A DNA stretch of 64,000 nt from Octopus sinensis (GCF_006345805.1 NC_042998.1:69750001-69814000); one strand, 5' to 3'; shown: positions 13,270 through 26,149, counted from the stretch's first letter. The notes: generated by a model not told the origin, from the letters alone. Translations and numbers: made by a program.

Positions 13270-13464
13270 ATCTTTTCTCTTTTATTTGTTTCATTCGTGA
13301 GACTGCAGCCATGCTTGAGCACCACCTAGCTGAATGTTAGCCGAATGAATCTACGCCAGTACTTATTTTTGAAGCTAAGTACTTATTCTATCGGATATTT
13401 TTGCTGAACCGATAGATTACGGGGACGTAAATACATAACATTGGTTACCAAGCGGTGTTGGGGT

Positions 13465-13500
<36 letters not shown>

Positions 13501-13522
13501 ACAGAGGCACGCACGCATGCAC

Positions 13523-13556
<34 letters not shown>

Positions 13557-13572
13557 GCACGCACGCATGCAC

Positions 13573-13613
<41 letters not shown>

Positions 13614-13790
13614 CAGACGAATATATCTTGAGCGGATTTCAGTTTCCGCCTACCAAATCCACTCACAAGGCTTTGATAGGCCCGAGGCTATAGCAGAAGA
13701 CGCTCGTGCAAGGTAACACGTAGTGGGATAGAACCTTGAACTATGCGTCTGGGGATCAAACTTCTTACCACACAGCCATACCTGCGTCTA
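13270..13790 (-). mobile_element. SINE family C, diverged
   Basis: Reverse complement of family C with an expanded internal (CA)n block. Confidence 0.8.
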
Positions 13791-14227
13791 TACTTGATAG
13801 ATACAGTATTTATCGACCCCAAATGGACAATGGCAAGGTTGGGTTCGGCAGGTTTCGAACTTGGAATGCAGAGAATCGGTACGACTATTACAAGTCGCTC
13901 GTTTCGATGTTCCAACCATCCTTCATCGATAGAAATATGTATGGACAGATTGACTCAAAGAGTAACTATTCTACGCTCGCTTTATAGTTTAATGGTCTAA
14001 CTTTGATTTTTTTTTTTGTTATTGGTCGCAGAATCGTTACAACATCGGAGAAAATGTCTTTGTTCGGACTTTTTATGTTCGGACGTCCCAATCTTGCCGA
14101 GGTCACCTTTGTTGATCATCTTACTAGTCCAAAATTAAAATACCAGTCGCGTAGTCGTGTAACGGTAACAATAGAATCGACTGCTCTCTGCCCAAATTTC
14201 TGGAATCCTGCTTATGTTAAAAAATAT

Positions 14228-14229
14228 TG

Positions 14230-14260
<31 letters not shown>

Positions 14261-14309
14261 GTTGTTGTTGTTGTTGTTGTTGTTATTATTATTACTGTTA
14301 TTATTATTA

Positions 14310-14379
<70 letters not shown>

Positions 14380-14385
14380 TTATTC
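14228..14385. repeat. (TTA)n/(TTG)n array abutting a LINE 3' end
   Basis: Read directly from the sequence. Confidence 0.95.
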
Positions 14386-15735
14386 CTTCGTAACACAGTA
14401 TAGGTAAAAATGCACCGGGGTCTTTAGTCATCCGTCAAGTCACAACAAGGACCTCAGACAGATAATACTTTCCTTAAGATGTGCGCTGTGCCCAATAAAG
14501 TTGCTTTTTGCAAGACATCAATCATGCATTGGATTACAAGTCGCCTTAAGAAGTCTTGCAGTTTCAGTGGGATTGAGCCCAAGCTCTCGCATTCCATACA
14601 GTCTTGCCATTTCCACTTTCTGTTTTGAGCACTTGGTGATTTTTTTCAACCTCTTTACTCACAACATTCATGTCATTTGGTATGGCTACATCAACGATCT
14701 GACAGTATTTGTCTCTCTTATTCAATATGACAATATCCGGCTGATGGTGTTCGATTACACGGTCCGTCTGAAAATCATAGTCCCATAGTATTGTTACTTT
14801 TCCATCCTCCTGCATAACTTTACTTGGTTCATGTTCACACCACTTCACTGTTACTTCATATTGGTATTTACGGCATAAGAGCCAATGAAGATACACACAA
14901 ACTTTTCCATTTCTTCATGATAAAGCTGATTAATTCTCTTTTGTTGCCTGCTACACTGAATATACTCAGACATTCACTGATACATGAGTGTGGGATCATA
15001 TCATAGAATTTCCTATAATCTATTCATGCTATTGTTAGATTTTTCTTTCTAGTTTTTACTTCAGTTGGAACTGATTTGTCTATATATAATAGATCATACG
15101 TTCCTCTAGCTTTCTTCCTGCAACCTTTCTGTTCTTCTGGCAGTAAATTCTGGTTGTCAAGATGCTCATAAATGCTTTCTGAAAGCATTCCCATTAACAA
15201 TTTCCACATTAATGGTAAGCAAGTGATTGGTCTATAGTTGCTAGCTGTATTACCCTTGCCCTTATCCTTCATAACGAATATTGTCCTCTCTCTAGTCATC
15301 CAATCTAGTATTATTCCCCCATTAAGCAACCCTGAAGATGTTCCTTTAGCCTCCTATGTAAACTACTGAATTTCTTTAGCCAGTACCCTTGGACTAAATT
15401 TGGTCCTGAGAACTTCCAATTCGGCATATTTCCTAACACGTTACTCATTAATGCACTAGTTAATCTTAGATCTGGCTGCTTCTCACTCACTACTTCTTCC
15501 CTCACTTTTAACCATACTGCATCTTCATTATGAGTGACTGGTTGATCCCAAATATTACTCCAGAACTTTCTAGCTTTCTCTGCATTAGGTTTCTTCTCTT
15601 CAGTACTTCGTTCTCCACTATTTTTTTTGCATCTTGTGTTTCCTAACTTATTTGTTTTCCAGGCTTCTATTCTACTAAGATCTTGTCTTAAAGTCTTAAC
15701 TTTATTTTGTGGTCTTCTTTTCCACATTTGCTATT
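14385..15735 (-). mobile_element. R4/Dong-like non-LTR retrotransposon fragment (partial RT plus REL endonuclease), internally deleted
   Basis: ORFs 15311-15727, 15024-15329 (ASNYRPITCLPLMWKLL...QKGCRK) and 14564-14896 (ILWDYDFQTDRVIEHHQPDIVI...IVDVAIP, PD-(D/E)xK motif); ends LLGTAHILRKVLSV* at 14454, then a short UTR and an (AAT)n tail. Confidence 0.85.
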
Positions 15736-15751
15736 TTAAAATCTTTTCCTG

Positions 15752-15930
15752 TGCGGCGACAGCACGCCGGACTAAATGCTTAGCGGTATTTCACCTGTCG
15801 CAACATTCTGGGTTCAAACTCCGCCGAGGTCGACTTTGCCTTTCATCCTTTCGAGGTCGAGAAATTAAATACCAGTAAAACACTGGTGTCGATGTAATCG
15901 ATTATCCCTCCCCACAAATTTCAGGCCTTG
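15752..15930 (+). mobile_element. SINE family B (alternative tail)
   Basis: Family B body with tail CCCTCCCCACAAATTTCAGGCCTTG. Confidence 0.8.
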
Positions 15931-15984
15931 TTGTTGTTGTTGTTATTGTTGTTGTTGTTGTTGTTATTATTATTATTATTCATT

Positions 15985-16192
15985 TATTTTTTCCTGATTT
16001 ATCTATGTCACATCTTAGCTCCATTCTGAAGCTTCGACTGTTTCAAGTTTGTCATTTGCATCTTTTTTGATACCAGAATATTGCTCTCTTTGAGATGGTT
16101 CCAATTGCACCGGTCAAGGGTTCTGTGGATTCTTCTCACTTTTAACCATTGGTCTTGATACTTTCAGACTTTCTTGTCCTCTGTCTTCACAA
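15985..16192 (-). mobile_element. Highly degraded REL-LINE 3' end remnant
   Basis: Minus translation fragments EDKKV..KYQD and GAIGTISK resemble the KYQDL...GALGTIPK tail; followed by (AAT/AAC)n. Confidence 0.4.
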
Positions 16193-16420
16193 TCTTCTTC
16201 TTCTTCTTCTTCTTCTTCTTCTTCTTCTTCTTCTTCTTCTTCTTCTTCTTCTTCTTCTTCTTCTCTTCTTCTTCTTCTTCTTCTTCTTCTCTCTTCTTCT
16301 TCTTCTTCTTCTTCTTCTTCTTCTTCTTCTTCTTCTTCTTTCTTCTTCTTCTTCTTCTTCTTCTTCTTCCTTCTTCTTCTTCTTCTTCTTCTTCTTCTTC
16401 TTCTTCTTCTTCTTCTTCTT
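16193..16420. repeat. (TTC)n polypyrimidine array
   Basis: Read directly from the sequence. Confidence 0.95.
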
Positions 16421-16482
16421 TTTTGGTGTGTGTGTCTGTGTGCATGTATAACAGTTATATATCATATTATATACCAGCTTAC

Positions 16483-16599
16483 CAGTTTAAAACTAACCGT
16501 TTGGCTTTTGTTTGACTGCCCTTTAATGGAGCCTGTTGTGTTGCATATGTTCGAACTGGATCTCCGGCCGGAAGATAACTCGAGCTCGCAGACGACCTT
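16483..16599 (-). other. Candidate exon (117 nt, CpG-rich)
   Basis: Acceptor TTTTGTCAG, donors G|GTAAGC and an alternative G|GTTAGT (102 nt); two frames open; no recognised homolog. Confidence 0.25.
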
Positions 16600-17063
16600 C
16601 TGACAAAACTACACACACACACACACACACACACAAAAGCCCGATAGTATATATTTTACATATCAGTGTAACTGAATATATACATTATATAGCTGTTAAA
16701 TATAATGTTATATAATGAGTAGAAACTCTATAGAAGCTAGATGATGTATATAGAATAAGATGTTATAGATCAGAATAAATACATTTATATGAGAAGGATA
16801 ATATATATGTATATAAACTGGACATAGTAAATGATTTATAGTTTTAAAACGACAAATGAAATTCGATAAAAGTATACGAAGTTCCATTTCTATTTAGATA
16901 TTCTGTAATAAGAAGAATTGATCTCGGAATTTCATTCTGTCATTCCACCAACCACCAGGTTAATTTGGAATAAAGATTTATTTCATGTGAAAGGGTTTAG
17001 AGTTTCACCTTGCTCAGATTTCGGAAACTACAAGTGTCGTTTTGGTATAAATTTATTGCACAG

Positions 17064-17166
17064 GCATTCCGATTACAGGAGACATTTGAGATTGTTTCGT
17101 TTCTGAAGAAATACGGCAAGTGCTTTGTATCTAGAGGACATTTAACGTTGCTGTCTTCTTTCTAAG
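17064..17166 (+). other. Candidate exon
   Basis: Acceptor AATTTATTGCACAG and donor AAG|GTAAAA; frame AFRLQETFEIVSFLKKYG... stops just before the donor; a GC donor G|GCAAGT lies upstream. Confidence 0.2.
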
Positions 17167-17639
17167 GTAAAAACTAACAATAGTGTCTTCTTACGTGTAG
17201 GTAAATAACATGGCTGTCTCGCTTCTAAGAGTCAATTGACATGGTTGTTCCATTTATAGCAGAAACGTTGATACAACTTCGTTTCTGAGGAATAACTCTC
17301 TAGATCGGAGTTCTGTTTCTGGGGGACTTGCTTTAAGGTGACACATATCACAGTAAGGTGGTGGAGTTAAATATATTCTAAGGTGATACATGTAACTGTG
17401 TGGTGGGTGGGGTGAAGTCAAATATTTTAAGGTGACGTATTACAGTGGTGGAAAATGGCAAGCTGATAGAATCGTTAGTACGCCGGACTAAATATTTAGC
17501 TGCATTTTTTCGGCTTTACGCTTTATGCACGTACATTTTAACAACAAAATCTTATATGAACACCCCTTTCCCCAAAGGGCCATATGGACTCCAGTTGAAA
17601 ACCACTGCTTTAAACCCTTACGGCACTTACCTTTCTTAG

Positions 17640-18340
17640 GTGAGTGTTAATATATGGAGACCTGTGATCAGGTGACAACACACAGACGTTGTTAGGTGAC
17701 AGCTCATGCACGATTATATTCTTTTCTGCACTAGGCATAAGGCCAGAACTTTTTGGGGAGATGGACAGTCGATTAGATCGACCCTAATACGGAACTGGTA
17801 CTTAATTTATCGACCCCGAAAGGATGAAAGGCAAAGTCGACCTCGGCGGAATTTGAACTGAGAACGAAATACTGCTGAGCATTTCACCCGGCGTGCTAAC
17901 GTTTCTGCCAGCTCGCCGCCTTGATGCACGATAATATCGAGCCGCAACTGTCACACGGCACAGTTGGTATTGTAAGGTGACAGTTTGATGTATGAAAATA
18001 TGTCACTGTTCCTACTAGGTGTCAGTTCGTTGATGGCGTAGTTGTTAGGTGGAAGTTAATGCAGGATAGTGTTGTTAGACAACAGTTGATACAATACATG
18101 GTATATTGTTGTTAAGTGATAATTGATAGGTGATGCTGCTGTTCTTATAAATTGGTAATTCATGGCTGGTACTGTTGTTAGGTGGAAGTTTGGTACATGG
18201 TACAGTTGTTATATGACAGTTGTTACATGGTACCATTGTTAGTTGACAGTTGATAGATGGTACTCTTGTTATGTGAAAGTGAAAAGACTATACTGCTTTT
18301 AGTTGGCAGTAGATGTGCTTCTGTTGTTAAGATGTTAAGG
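17640..18340. repeat. Degenerate ~30-bp minisatellite
   Basis: Units such as ACTGTTGTTAGGTGACAGTTGATACATGGT; interrupted by a SINE B copy. Confidence 0.6.
17720..17923 (-). mobile_element. SINE family B with 14-bp target-site duplication
   Basis: ATGCACGATTATAT at 17706-17719 and ATGCACGATAATAT at 17924-17937 flank the element. Confidence 0.9.
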
Positions 18341-18724
18341 GACAGCAAAGCTGAGTTAATTTAAGAATATATGTTGTGCTGCAGCAATTTCTAATGTGTT
18401 GACAAAGTTTAGCGACAGATTGCTTATTTGTGAGCTAAATGTTATTTTTCCACACATAAACAACAAACTCACATACACACATGAACCTAGACATACGCAT
18501 AGACATACAGACAAAAAAAAAATAGACACATATTGAGAGGCTGAGAGCTACAGACAAATACGTACATACACTCAATCAGATGCAGAGACGCATATACAGA
18601 CGCACGCATACGGAAACACACTACAGGAGAATAGACACGCGCTCACACTCGCATAAACGCATTTAGACACTCAAAGTTTATGCATACACACGTGTACACA
18701 CACACAACCACAACCACACACAAA

Positions 18725-18770
<46 letters not shown>

Positions 18771-19164
18771 GTCAGGAGTCGACGACTATGATTATACTTA
18801 TTCAGAGACATAGGTGCTCAGTGAGACAGATATATATATATATATATATATGCACATTAACATATAGATTTATATATACATACATACATACATACATACA
18901 TACATACATACATACATACATACATACATACATACATACATACTTACATACATGCATACATACACCAGTGTGAGTGTGTGTGTATTTTAGTCAGTCAAAG
19001 AGGCAGCCTGAAGGAGTTTCCAATCGATCAGTCCCAAAGTTCATTCAGGACATTGATCTGTGACAATGTATCGATTAGTTCAAAACATGTTTATATTGTT
19101 ATTTATGATTTCTTATTTATGTTTTTTATTTTATATTTAGACGAAACGATTTTGCTGTTTTTGT

Positions 19165-19830
19165 GACCAACCTCCTCCTTCTTACCCTCCTTCTCCTTCT
19201 CCTTTCACCTACTTTACTACAACGTCCTCACACTTCTACTATCTACCTCCTACCTCCTACCACAACATGTCATACATTAGTACTGCAGTGAAAGTACACG
19301 GATTTCAGCATCAAATTCACCTAATCAGCATAATCACCAACACCATAACCATCATCATCATCGTTGTCGTCATCGTCGTCGTCAGAATTACCGTCAGCCT
19401 CACCACCATCATCACCATCGACATTACCTTTACCACCATCACCATTACCACTACCATTACTATCACTACCACCCTCCTCCTCCTCCTCCTCCTCATCATC
19501 ATCATCGCCAACATCACAGTCATCACCACCATAAGCGCCGTCATCTCAACCACACCATAGTCATTACCTACGTCACAATCATCACAACTGGAAGCGACTG
19601 TGGATGGCGCCACCACCACCACTACCACCACCACTCCCACCACTCCCACCACTATCACCACCACCACCACCACCACCACCGCCACCACCACCGCCACCAC
19701 CACCACCACCACCGCCGCTGCTACTACTACTACTACTACTACTACTGCTACTACTACTACTACTACCTTCAAACACCAATGCACCACCAATACCATCACT
19801 ATCACAATAACATCCACCGTGTGATCAACT
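19165..19830. repeat. Low-complexity (CCT/CAT/CAC/ACT)n tract
   Basis: Read directly; gives poly-T/P/V/G ORFs in several frames. Confidence 0.9.
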
Positions 19831-20035
19831 TTCTCCTCCAACCTCATATTTCAGTCTCCTCTCACTCCTACCACAAACCATCATCGTCATGGATGTTACC
19901 ACTACTTCTTTTTTTCCCTCTGTCTTTCTTGCTTTCTTTCTTTCTGTCTGCCTTTCTTTCTTCCTTAATTTCTTTCCAGAACTGTCCCCACCACCTCATT
20001 GAAATTCTTTCTCTGCCAATGTTATTTTTCTACAG

Positions 20036-20150
20036 GTGCCGGCCCGCAGATGTTCAACTGGACAGTTTAGAACAAGGAATATTAATGAAGACGTGGGCTG
20101 AGATGCCACCTCACCATTTCTCCTCCAATTTGTTTGATTAATTTATAAAA
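20036..20150 (+). other. Candidate terminal or non-coding exon
   Basis: Acceptor GTTATTTTTCTACAG after a pyrimidine tract and donor AAA|GTAAGG; all three frames stop inside. Confidence 0.2.
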
Positions 20151-20569
20151 GTAAGGAATATGATACTGTTCTGCTTTATTTCCATAAAGAAACGAAAATA
20201 ATAGAAGCAAAAATGAATTACTTCAATATGTGGACTCTTCCTTGAGTTCTTTGATAAGTATTAAATGCCAATTTACCCTGAAAAGACTGAATACATTCTC
20301 TTAACCCAAAGAGACTATTAAATTAATATTACAACATTTTTTTATCGGATATAATGGTGGTGGCATGGTGACGGGCGCATTCTATCCACAATTTTCCAAA
20401 GAATATCTTAGCACTTTGTTAGATGAATCGCTGAACTTTAAAGACAACATAAATTGATTAATAACGAAGGCAAATTCTAGATTGAAAATTTCCAGTCAGA
20501 CATCAATATCGGTATGGTTATTGGTATGGATATGAACATAGAAAAAAATATTGTACACATCATTATTCT

Positions 20570-22320
20570 AATATTACTTTGACTACAGGAATAGTCTTTG
20601 ACTAATGGTTCTTTCACTAATAGACCATAACATGGTTCTTTGATTACTGTTGCATATCGAACCATTCTTTGACTAGTGCATTATAAAATAGGATTTTTTG
20701 GCTACAGTAATATATAGCATGGTTCTTTGACTACTCTTCCATAAAACCGTTCTTTAACTACTACAGTATATAGCATGATACTTTGGTTACTGTAGTATAA
20801 AACAAAATGTTTTGACTACAATAATATACAGCATGGTTCTATGATTAATGCACACTAACACGATTCCGTGACTAATGTAGTATATGGCATTTGATTAATG
20901 TACTATGGCACGATTCTGTGACTAATGTAATACATAACAATGTTCTTTGATTAATGCACTATAACACGATTCCATGACTAATGTAATATATGGTATGATT
21001 CTTTGATTGTACTATAGCATGATTCCGTGACTTGTGTTGTGACCCCCTTCGGTCATGAATGACCATGGGATTGCACCTAGAAAGTTACCCTCCGAAACAC
21101 AAGTCTGGGCAAGGTTATTTATGGAAGACCAGTAGTCGCCCATGCATACCAGCCTCCCTTCTCCACACCACCGATGTTATCCAAGGGAAAGGCAAAGGCC
21201 GACACAGCTTGGCACCAGTGACGTCGCAGCTCATTTATTAACGTGCAAGTGGCCGAGCATTTCACAGACACGTGTACCCTTAACGTAGTTCTTGGGGAGA
21301 TTCAGCGTGACACAGAGTGTGACAAGGCTGGTCTTTTGAAATACAGGTACACCAGAAAAAAGAAGAAAGATTGAGAGGAAGTTGTGGTGAAAGAGTACAG
21401 TAGGGTTCATCACCACCCCCTGCCGGAGCATCGTGGAGCTTTAGATGTTTTTGCTCAATAAACACTCACAATACTCGGTCTGGGAATCGAAAGCACGATT
21501 CCGTGACTAATGCAATATATAACAATGTTCTTTGATTAATGCACCATAACACGATTCCATGACTAATGTAATATATAGCATGATTCTTTGATTAATGCAC
21601 TATAGCACGTTTCCATGACTAATGTAATGTATAACATATTTTTTTGATTAATGCACTATAACACAATTCCATGACTAATGTAATATATCGCATGGTTCTT
21701 TGATTAATGCACTATAGCACGTTTCCATGACTAATGTAATATATGACATGATTCTTTGATTAATGCACTATAGCACGTTTCCATGACTAATGTAATATAT
21801 AACATGGTTCTTTGATTAATGCACTATAACACGATTCCATGACTAATGTAATATATGGCATGATTCTTTGATTAATGCACTATAACACGATTCCATGACT
21901 AATGTAATATATAACATGGTTCTTTGATTAATGCACTATAACACGATTCCATGACTAATGTAATATATGGCGTGATTCTTTGATTAATGTACTATAGCAC
22001 GATTTCGTGACAAATGTAATACATAACAAGGTTCTTTGATTAATACACCATTATACGATTCCATGACTAATGTAATATATGGCGTGATTCTTTGATTAAT
22101 GCTCGCTAACACGATTCCATGACTAATACAATATATAACATTATTCTTTACTTACATAGCATGATTCTTTGACTCCAATAATTTATAGCTTGGTTCTTTG
22201 ATTAATCTACATTACCAGAATTCTTCGATTACTATAGTATATAGCACCGTTATTTGGTTATTCTAGTTTATAAAAAGGACCTTTGAGTACTGTATTATAG
22301 CTGTTCGATATTGAAATACG
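20570..22320. repeat. 56-bp minisatellite (dimer of 27-29-bp monomers) with degenerate monomeric edges
   Basis: ATGACTAATG recurs at 21783, 21839 and 21895 (period 56); homogeneous core at 21493-22140 and 20860-21032. Confidence 0.95.
21033..21491 (-). mobile_element. Chimeric SINE insertion (family D part, family A part and a further family E tail)
   Basis: 21353-21491 matches 27380-27510; 21237-21352 matches family A at 54-170; flanked by AGCA(T/C)GATTCCGTGACT at 21016-21032 and 21492-21508. Confidence 0.75.
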
Positions 22321-22344
22321 TAGAACGGTTCTTTGACTGATGTA

Positions 22345-22438
<94 letters not shown>

Positions 22439-22583
22439 TTATCTATCTGTCTGTCTGTCTGTCTGTCTGTCTGCCTGCCTGCCTGCCTGCCTGTCTGTGT
22501 TTATGTGTTTGTGTGTGTGTGTGTGTGTGTGTTTGTGTGTGTGTGTATCTCCGTGTCTGTCTGTCTGTCTATCTATCTATCTA

Positions 22584-22635
<52 letters not shown>

Positions 22636-22660
22636 TATATATATATATATAATATATATA

Positions 22661-22700
<40 letters not shown>

Positions 22701-22725
22701 CAAGAATAAACTCCATAATCCAGAT

Positions 22726-22918
22726 CAGGGGTCTCCATAGTGGTCGATATCGACCCCTGGGAGCGAGGGGCGATGGGACTGTTCAAGGGGTCGATAAATG
22801 CACATCTACTTAATTACTATTATTATTAATTTATTTTCACATACATGCCTGGGGGTCGATGAGGGGGTCAAGGATTCTATGAAGGGGGTCGATGGTCTAA
22901 AAGGTTTGGAGACTCCTG
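22726..22918. mobile_element. hAT-type MITE
   Basis: Terminal inverted repeats CAGGGGTCTCCA / TGGAGACTCCTG (1 mismatch); 8-bp flanks ATCCAGAT / GTTCAGAT. Confidence 0.75.
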
Positions 22919-23004
22919 GTTCAGATCATTCAATATCAAAATGGTAAGAATACTTTCATAAAAGAAGAAATATTTTGTTATTTTCAGTTATAAATTTATT
23001 AAGC

Positions 23005-23516
23005 ACTAGCAGTATCGCCCGGCATTGCTCGGGTTTGTAAGGGAAATAACTATATAAGCATTTTTAGAGAGTTACTTCCCTTATAGATGCCAATTCGGGC
23101 TTTCTTAGCCATTTCTGTTTTGGTGTCTTCAAGCCATGAAGTCGTTGTTCTAAAAGAACGCTGGTCTCCTTGACAACGCATTACGACGTTGATTTCTTTA
23201 CACTCCCTTCCCCACAGCTTCACGAGGGAGGGAAGGGGGAGAAGCAAACAGGTGCAGGTGTGACCATGGACGCCAACTCCGCCGCCATCGACACACGAAA
23301 AATTATGCATTAAAATGGAATAAAAAATGATGTTAAATTATTTTTAAAATCGTAGACTCATCGTAGACGCGCGCTAATACTCAGACGGGCTCGATATGAA
23401 TCACGACTATAAGATACCCGAATTTGGTTAAACTGCACCGCAAAATGTGGGAGTAGTTAGGAATCTAAATCGAAGGGGACAGACACTCACACAACTACAG
23501 TTTTATATATATAGAT
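23005..23516 (+). mobile_element. Non-autonomous Helitron/Helentron-like element
   Basis: Starts ACTAGCAGTATCGCCCGGCATTGCTCGGG (short hairpin) and ends GACAGACAC...TTTTATATATATAGAT, as DINE-1/Lep1-type elements do; second copy at 36731-37124. Confidence 0.6.
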
Positions 23517-24094
23517 ATACCACGGTAACTAACTAGAACCACTGCACGTTTCGCGCATTTATTTACCATACACTATAGAAGCAACGAAGAAAGGTTACAC
23601 GTACTGGTATTTGCTAACCACATACTTTAGGAGCAAACAATAATATGTAGAAAGTGATTAGTAGCCATGTTCTAATCTAGCAACAAGCTAGAACAGTTAT
23701 AGCTTATAGATATTTACGAACGGTATACTTTCAAAGCACAGAAGAACGGTTATATGTAGTGAGTATTTACTAATTATATACAATACACGACTACAAATAT
23801 GGTGCAAGATTAAGAATGCCTAATGTGCACGTAGACGTACTTTCTTAGAACTTATGTAAATAGACTCAAATTATGTTGAAATTATGTTATGACTTAAATC
23901 AAACTATTTGCAATCAATCTATCACATACAATGGAAACAGTCTGTCAGGAGGACACCCAATGAAAATTAACAAAACACTGAAAAGTCCCTTTGAAATATA
24001 CTAAATATGTATTTCAGTCGTTGTTTCATCTATTTTTCGTATAAGGGATGAAAGCATACTAAGATAATTTTGTGTTTTTATATACAAAAAAAGA

Positions 24095-24450
24095 CCTAAT
24101 TTGAATGCTTCCAGTTCAGAGTGGTACATGCAGTGATCAGAGAGTCGTAGCCGTCTTTGCTTGATCTTCTCGCTATCTTTCGGCAGGTCTCCATAAATGC
24201 ATTAATTTGTCATACGTTGCTGCCATTTGAAATTTAGTGCCATTCGTAGCATCCTTGTGTAACATCCATTTAGCCTATTTAACCATGTGGAGCCCACTTC
24301 ATAGTTATGTAAGACGAGGAAAACATTCTCATACATCGACAACTTGATCGCAGACACTGGCCTGGTATGTATCCAGGACCTCGAAGCGGAGATGGTGATC
24401 CGAGAAGTGTAGCGGATGGACTTTGTTGCTGCGGCCCGGTCATAATTATC
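24095..24450 (-). mobile_element. RTE-clade LINE fragment (post-RT region)
   Basis: Minus translation RLNGCYTRMLRMALNFKWQQRMTN*CIYGDLPKDSEKIKQRRLRLSDHCM. Confidence 0.75.
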
Positions 24451-25811
24451 ATAATAAAAATCACTTTTTTCTAAAGATATCATTATAAGTATTAAATTCA
24501 TGGCGTTAAATTCATATGTCTGATGTTTAATATTTTCTTCTAAGAGATTATTCATGGACAGTTTGTTTCTGTATGCCGCTTATCTTCAGTATGGAGTATG
24601 AGAATAGTAAATGGTTCATTAATTAATTACATTACCCAAATAATTGTCTTCATTTTAAACGAAAAGGGTTGATAGAGTGAAAGAAGGAAGTAATACCCCC
24701 ACACACACACAAAGTATGTCTGACACGAAAAAGACAATGACAATTTCCATTTGAATTCGTTACTTTGATATATATATATATATAATATATATATATATAT
24801 ATACGCACACACGCGCGCGCACATACATTCACGCATATATTAGTATATATATATTATATATATATATATATGTAAGTAAATATGCATACATACATTACAT
24901 ACACACACATATAAATATATGCACACAAACATACATACAGAGTAAAGAAAGAGAACCAAAGACCATAAAAATCAGCTCTAAGCACTGAATAAAGCAGTCA
25001 TCATCAAGCTACAATACAAACTGGAAAGCAAACCCCACCCCCTCAAAAAACAACAAAAGCAAGAAACTAACAAAATCATGAAAAATTAGCTTAGCATCAG
25101 CGATACCCAGTACGAAGTTAGTTGAAAGAGTTTATCGATTATTAAAGAAACAAAGAATGGATGAACGACTTTGAAAAGACGGATAAAGAAAAATCAAAAA
25201 TACTTCAGTCTTTTGTAAAAAAAAAAAAAAGTACACAAAGAATGAGTCTTAACTAGTGACCCACTTTTTACTTGGAAGACAATAAGATCTTTCACGTGAC
25301 ACCAGAGCAATGGAGGAAATCCTGACAGAGCAATAGTCGTCATCTTTTAGTGACCCCAATATTCCATTACAGAATTATTTTCTTCACTCCGCTCCACCTC
25401 CTCTTACACTCCGGGCCACGGAAACGTCGTCTCCAGTAGCTTAATAGGGTTAAATTATGACATCATCAACAGCAATAAATTATTATAACAGAAGGTATAA
25501 AGTTACGGATAATCTCGTGGTAGGTTGTCAAAGAGATTTGGTTTCGATTCTAGATTGCTGCTCTTGTAGCACATTTTCACTTCATTTAAGCCACTTGAAA
25601 AACATGAAGGCCTCAACTTCTAATGTCCTCTCTTTTAAACTATACAGCTTTTCTAGTTTTCCGGAAGGAAGAATAATTAAAGAAATATGTAAAATGTAAT
25701 TGTAGAGAAGCATTTCCTAAATAAATATTTCAGAAATTTTTTGACGCCATAAAATGGCTTCACTCTTCAGAAGTGGAAGTCAACTCGTTACGAGCTAGGT
25801 TTGTTATACAG

Positions 25812-25913
25812 GTTCGATATTCAGATCTGTCGCAACGGACTTTTGGAAATGTATACACATTACACCTTCCGAAGGTGTCGTACACGTCATGCGCGTAAAC
25901 TGAGTCAACGGCA
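25812..25913 (+). other. Candidate internal exon (102 nt)
   Basis: Acceptor TTTGTTATACAG and donor CA|GTGAGT; one frame open throughout (FDIQICRNGLLEMYTHYTFRRCRTRHARKLSQR); no recognised homolog. Confidence 0.25.
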
Positions 25914-26149
25914 GTGAGTTTAGACTAGATATATGCAGATATATCCAGTTGTAATAGATATATTGAGTCGATGATATATAGCTCTATTCGGTGTCTTGAT
26001 CTGTTAGGAATAGCAAGCAAATCTATCTCAAAGCATACTGCACTATTTTAGAAGTCTCAAATACGCATAATATAGTTCTAGACACTCGCAAAAGATGTGG
26101 TGGTCATGAAAAGTCTACTTCTGATCATAGATCAGCTCAGTTTAATAAC

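Noticed and set aside
20570-22320. 56-bp array as repeat-spacer structure
   Set aside because: Both halves of the unit are repeated; nothing behaves as a unique spacer.
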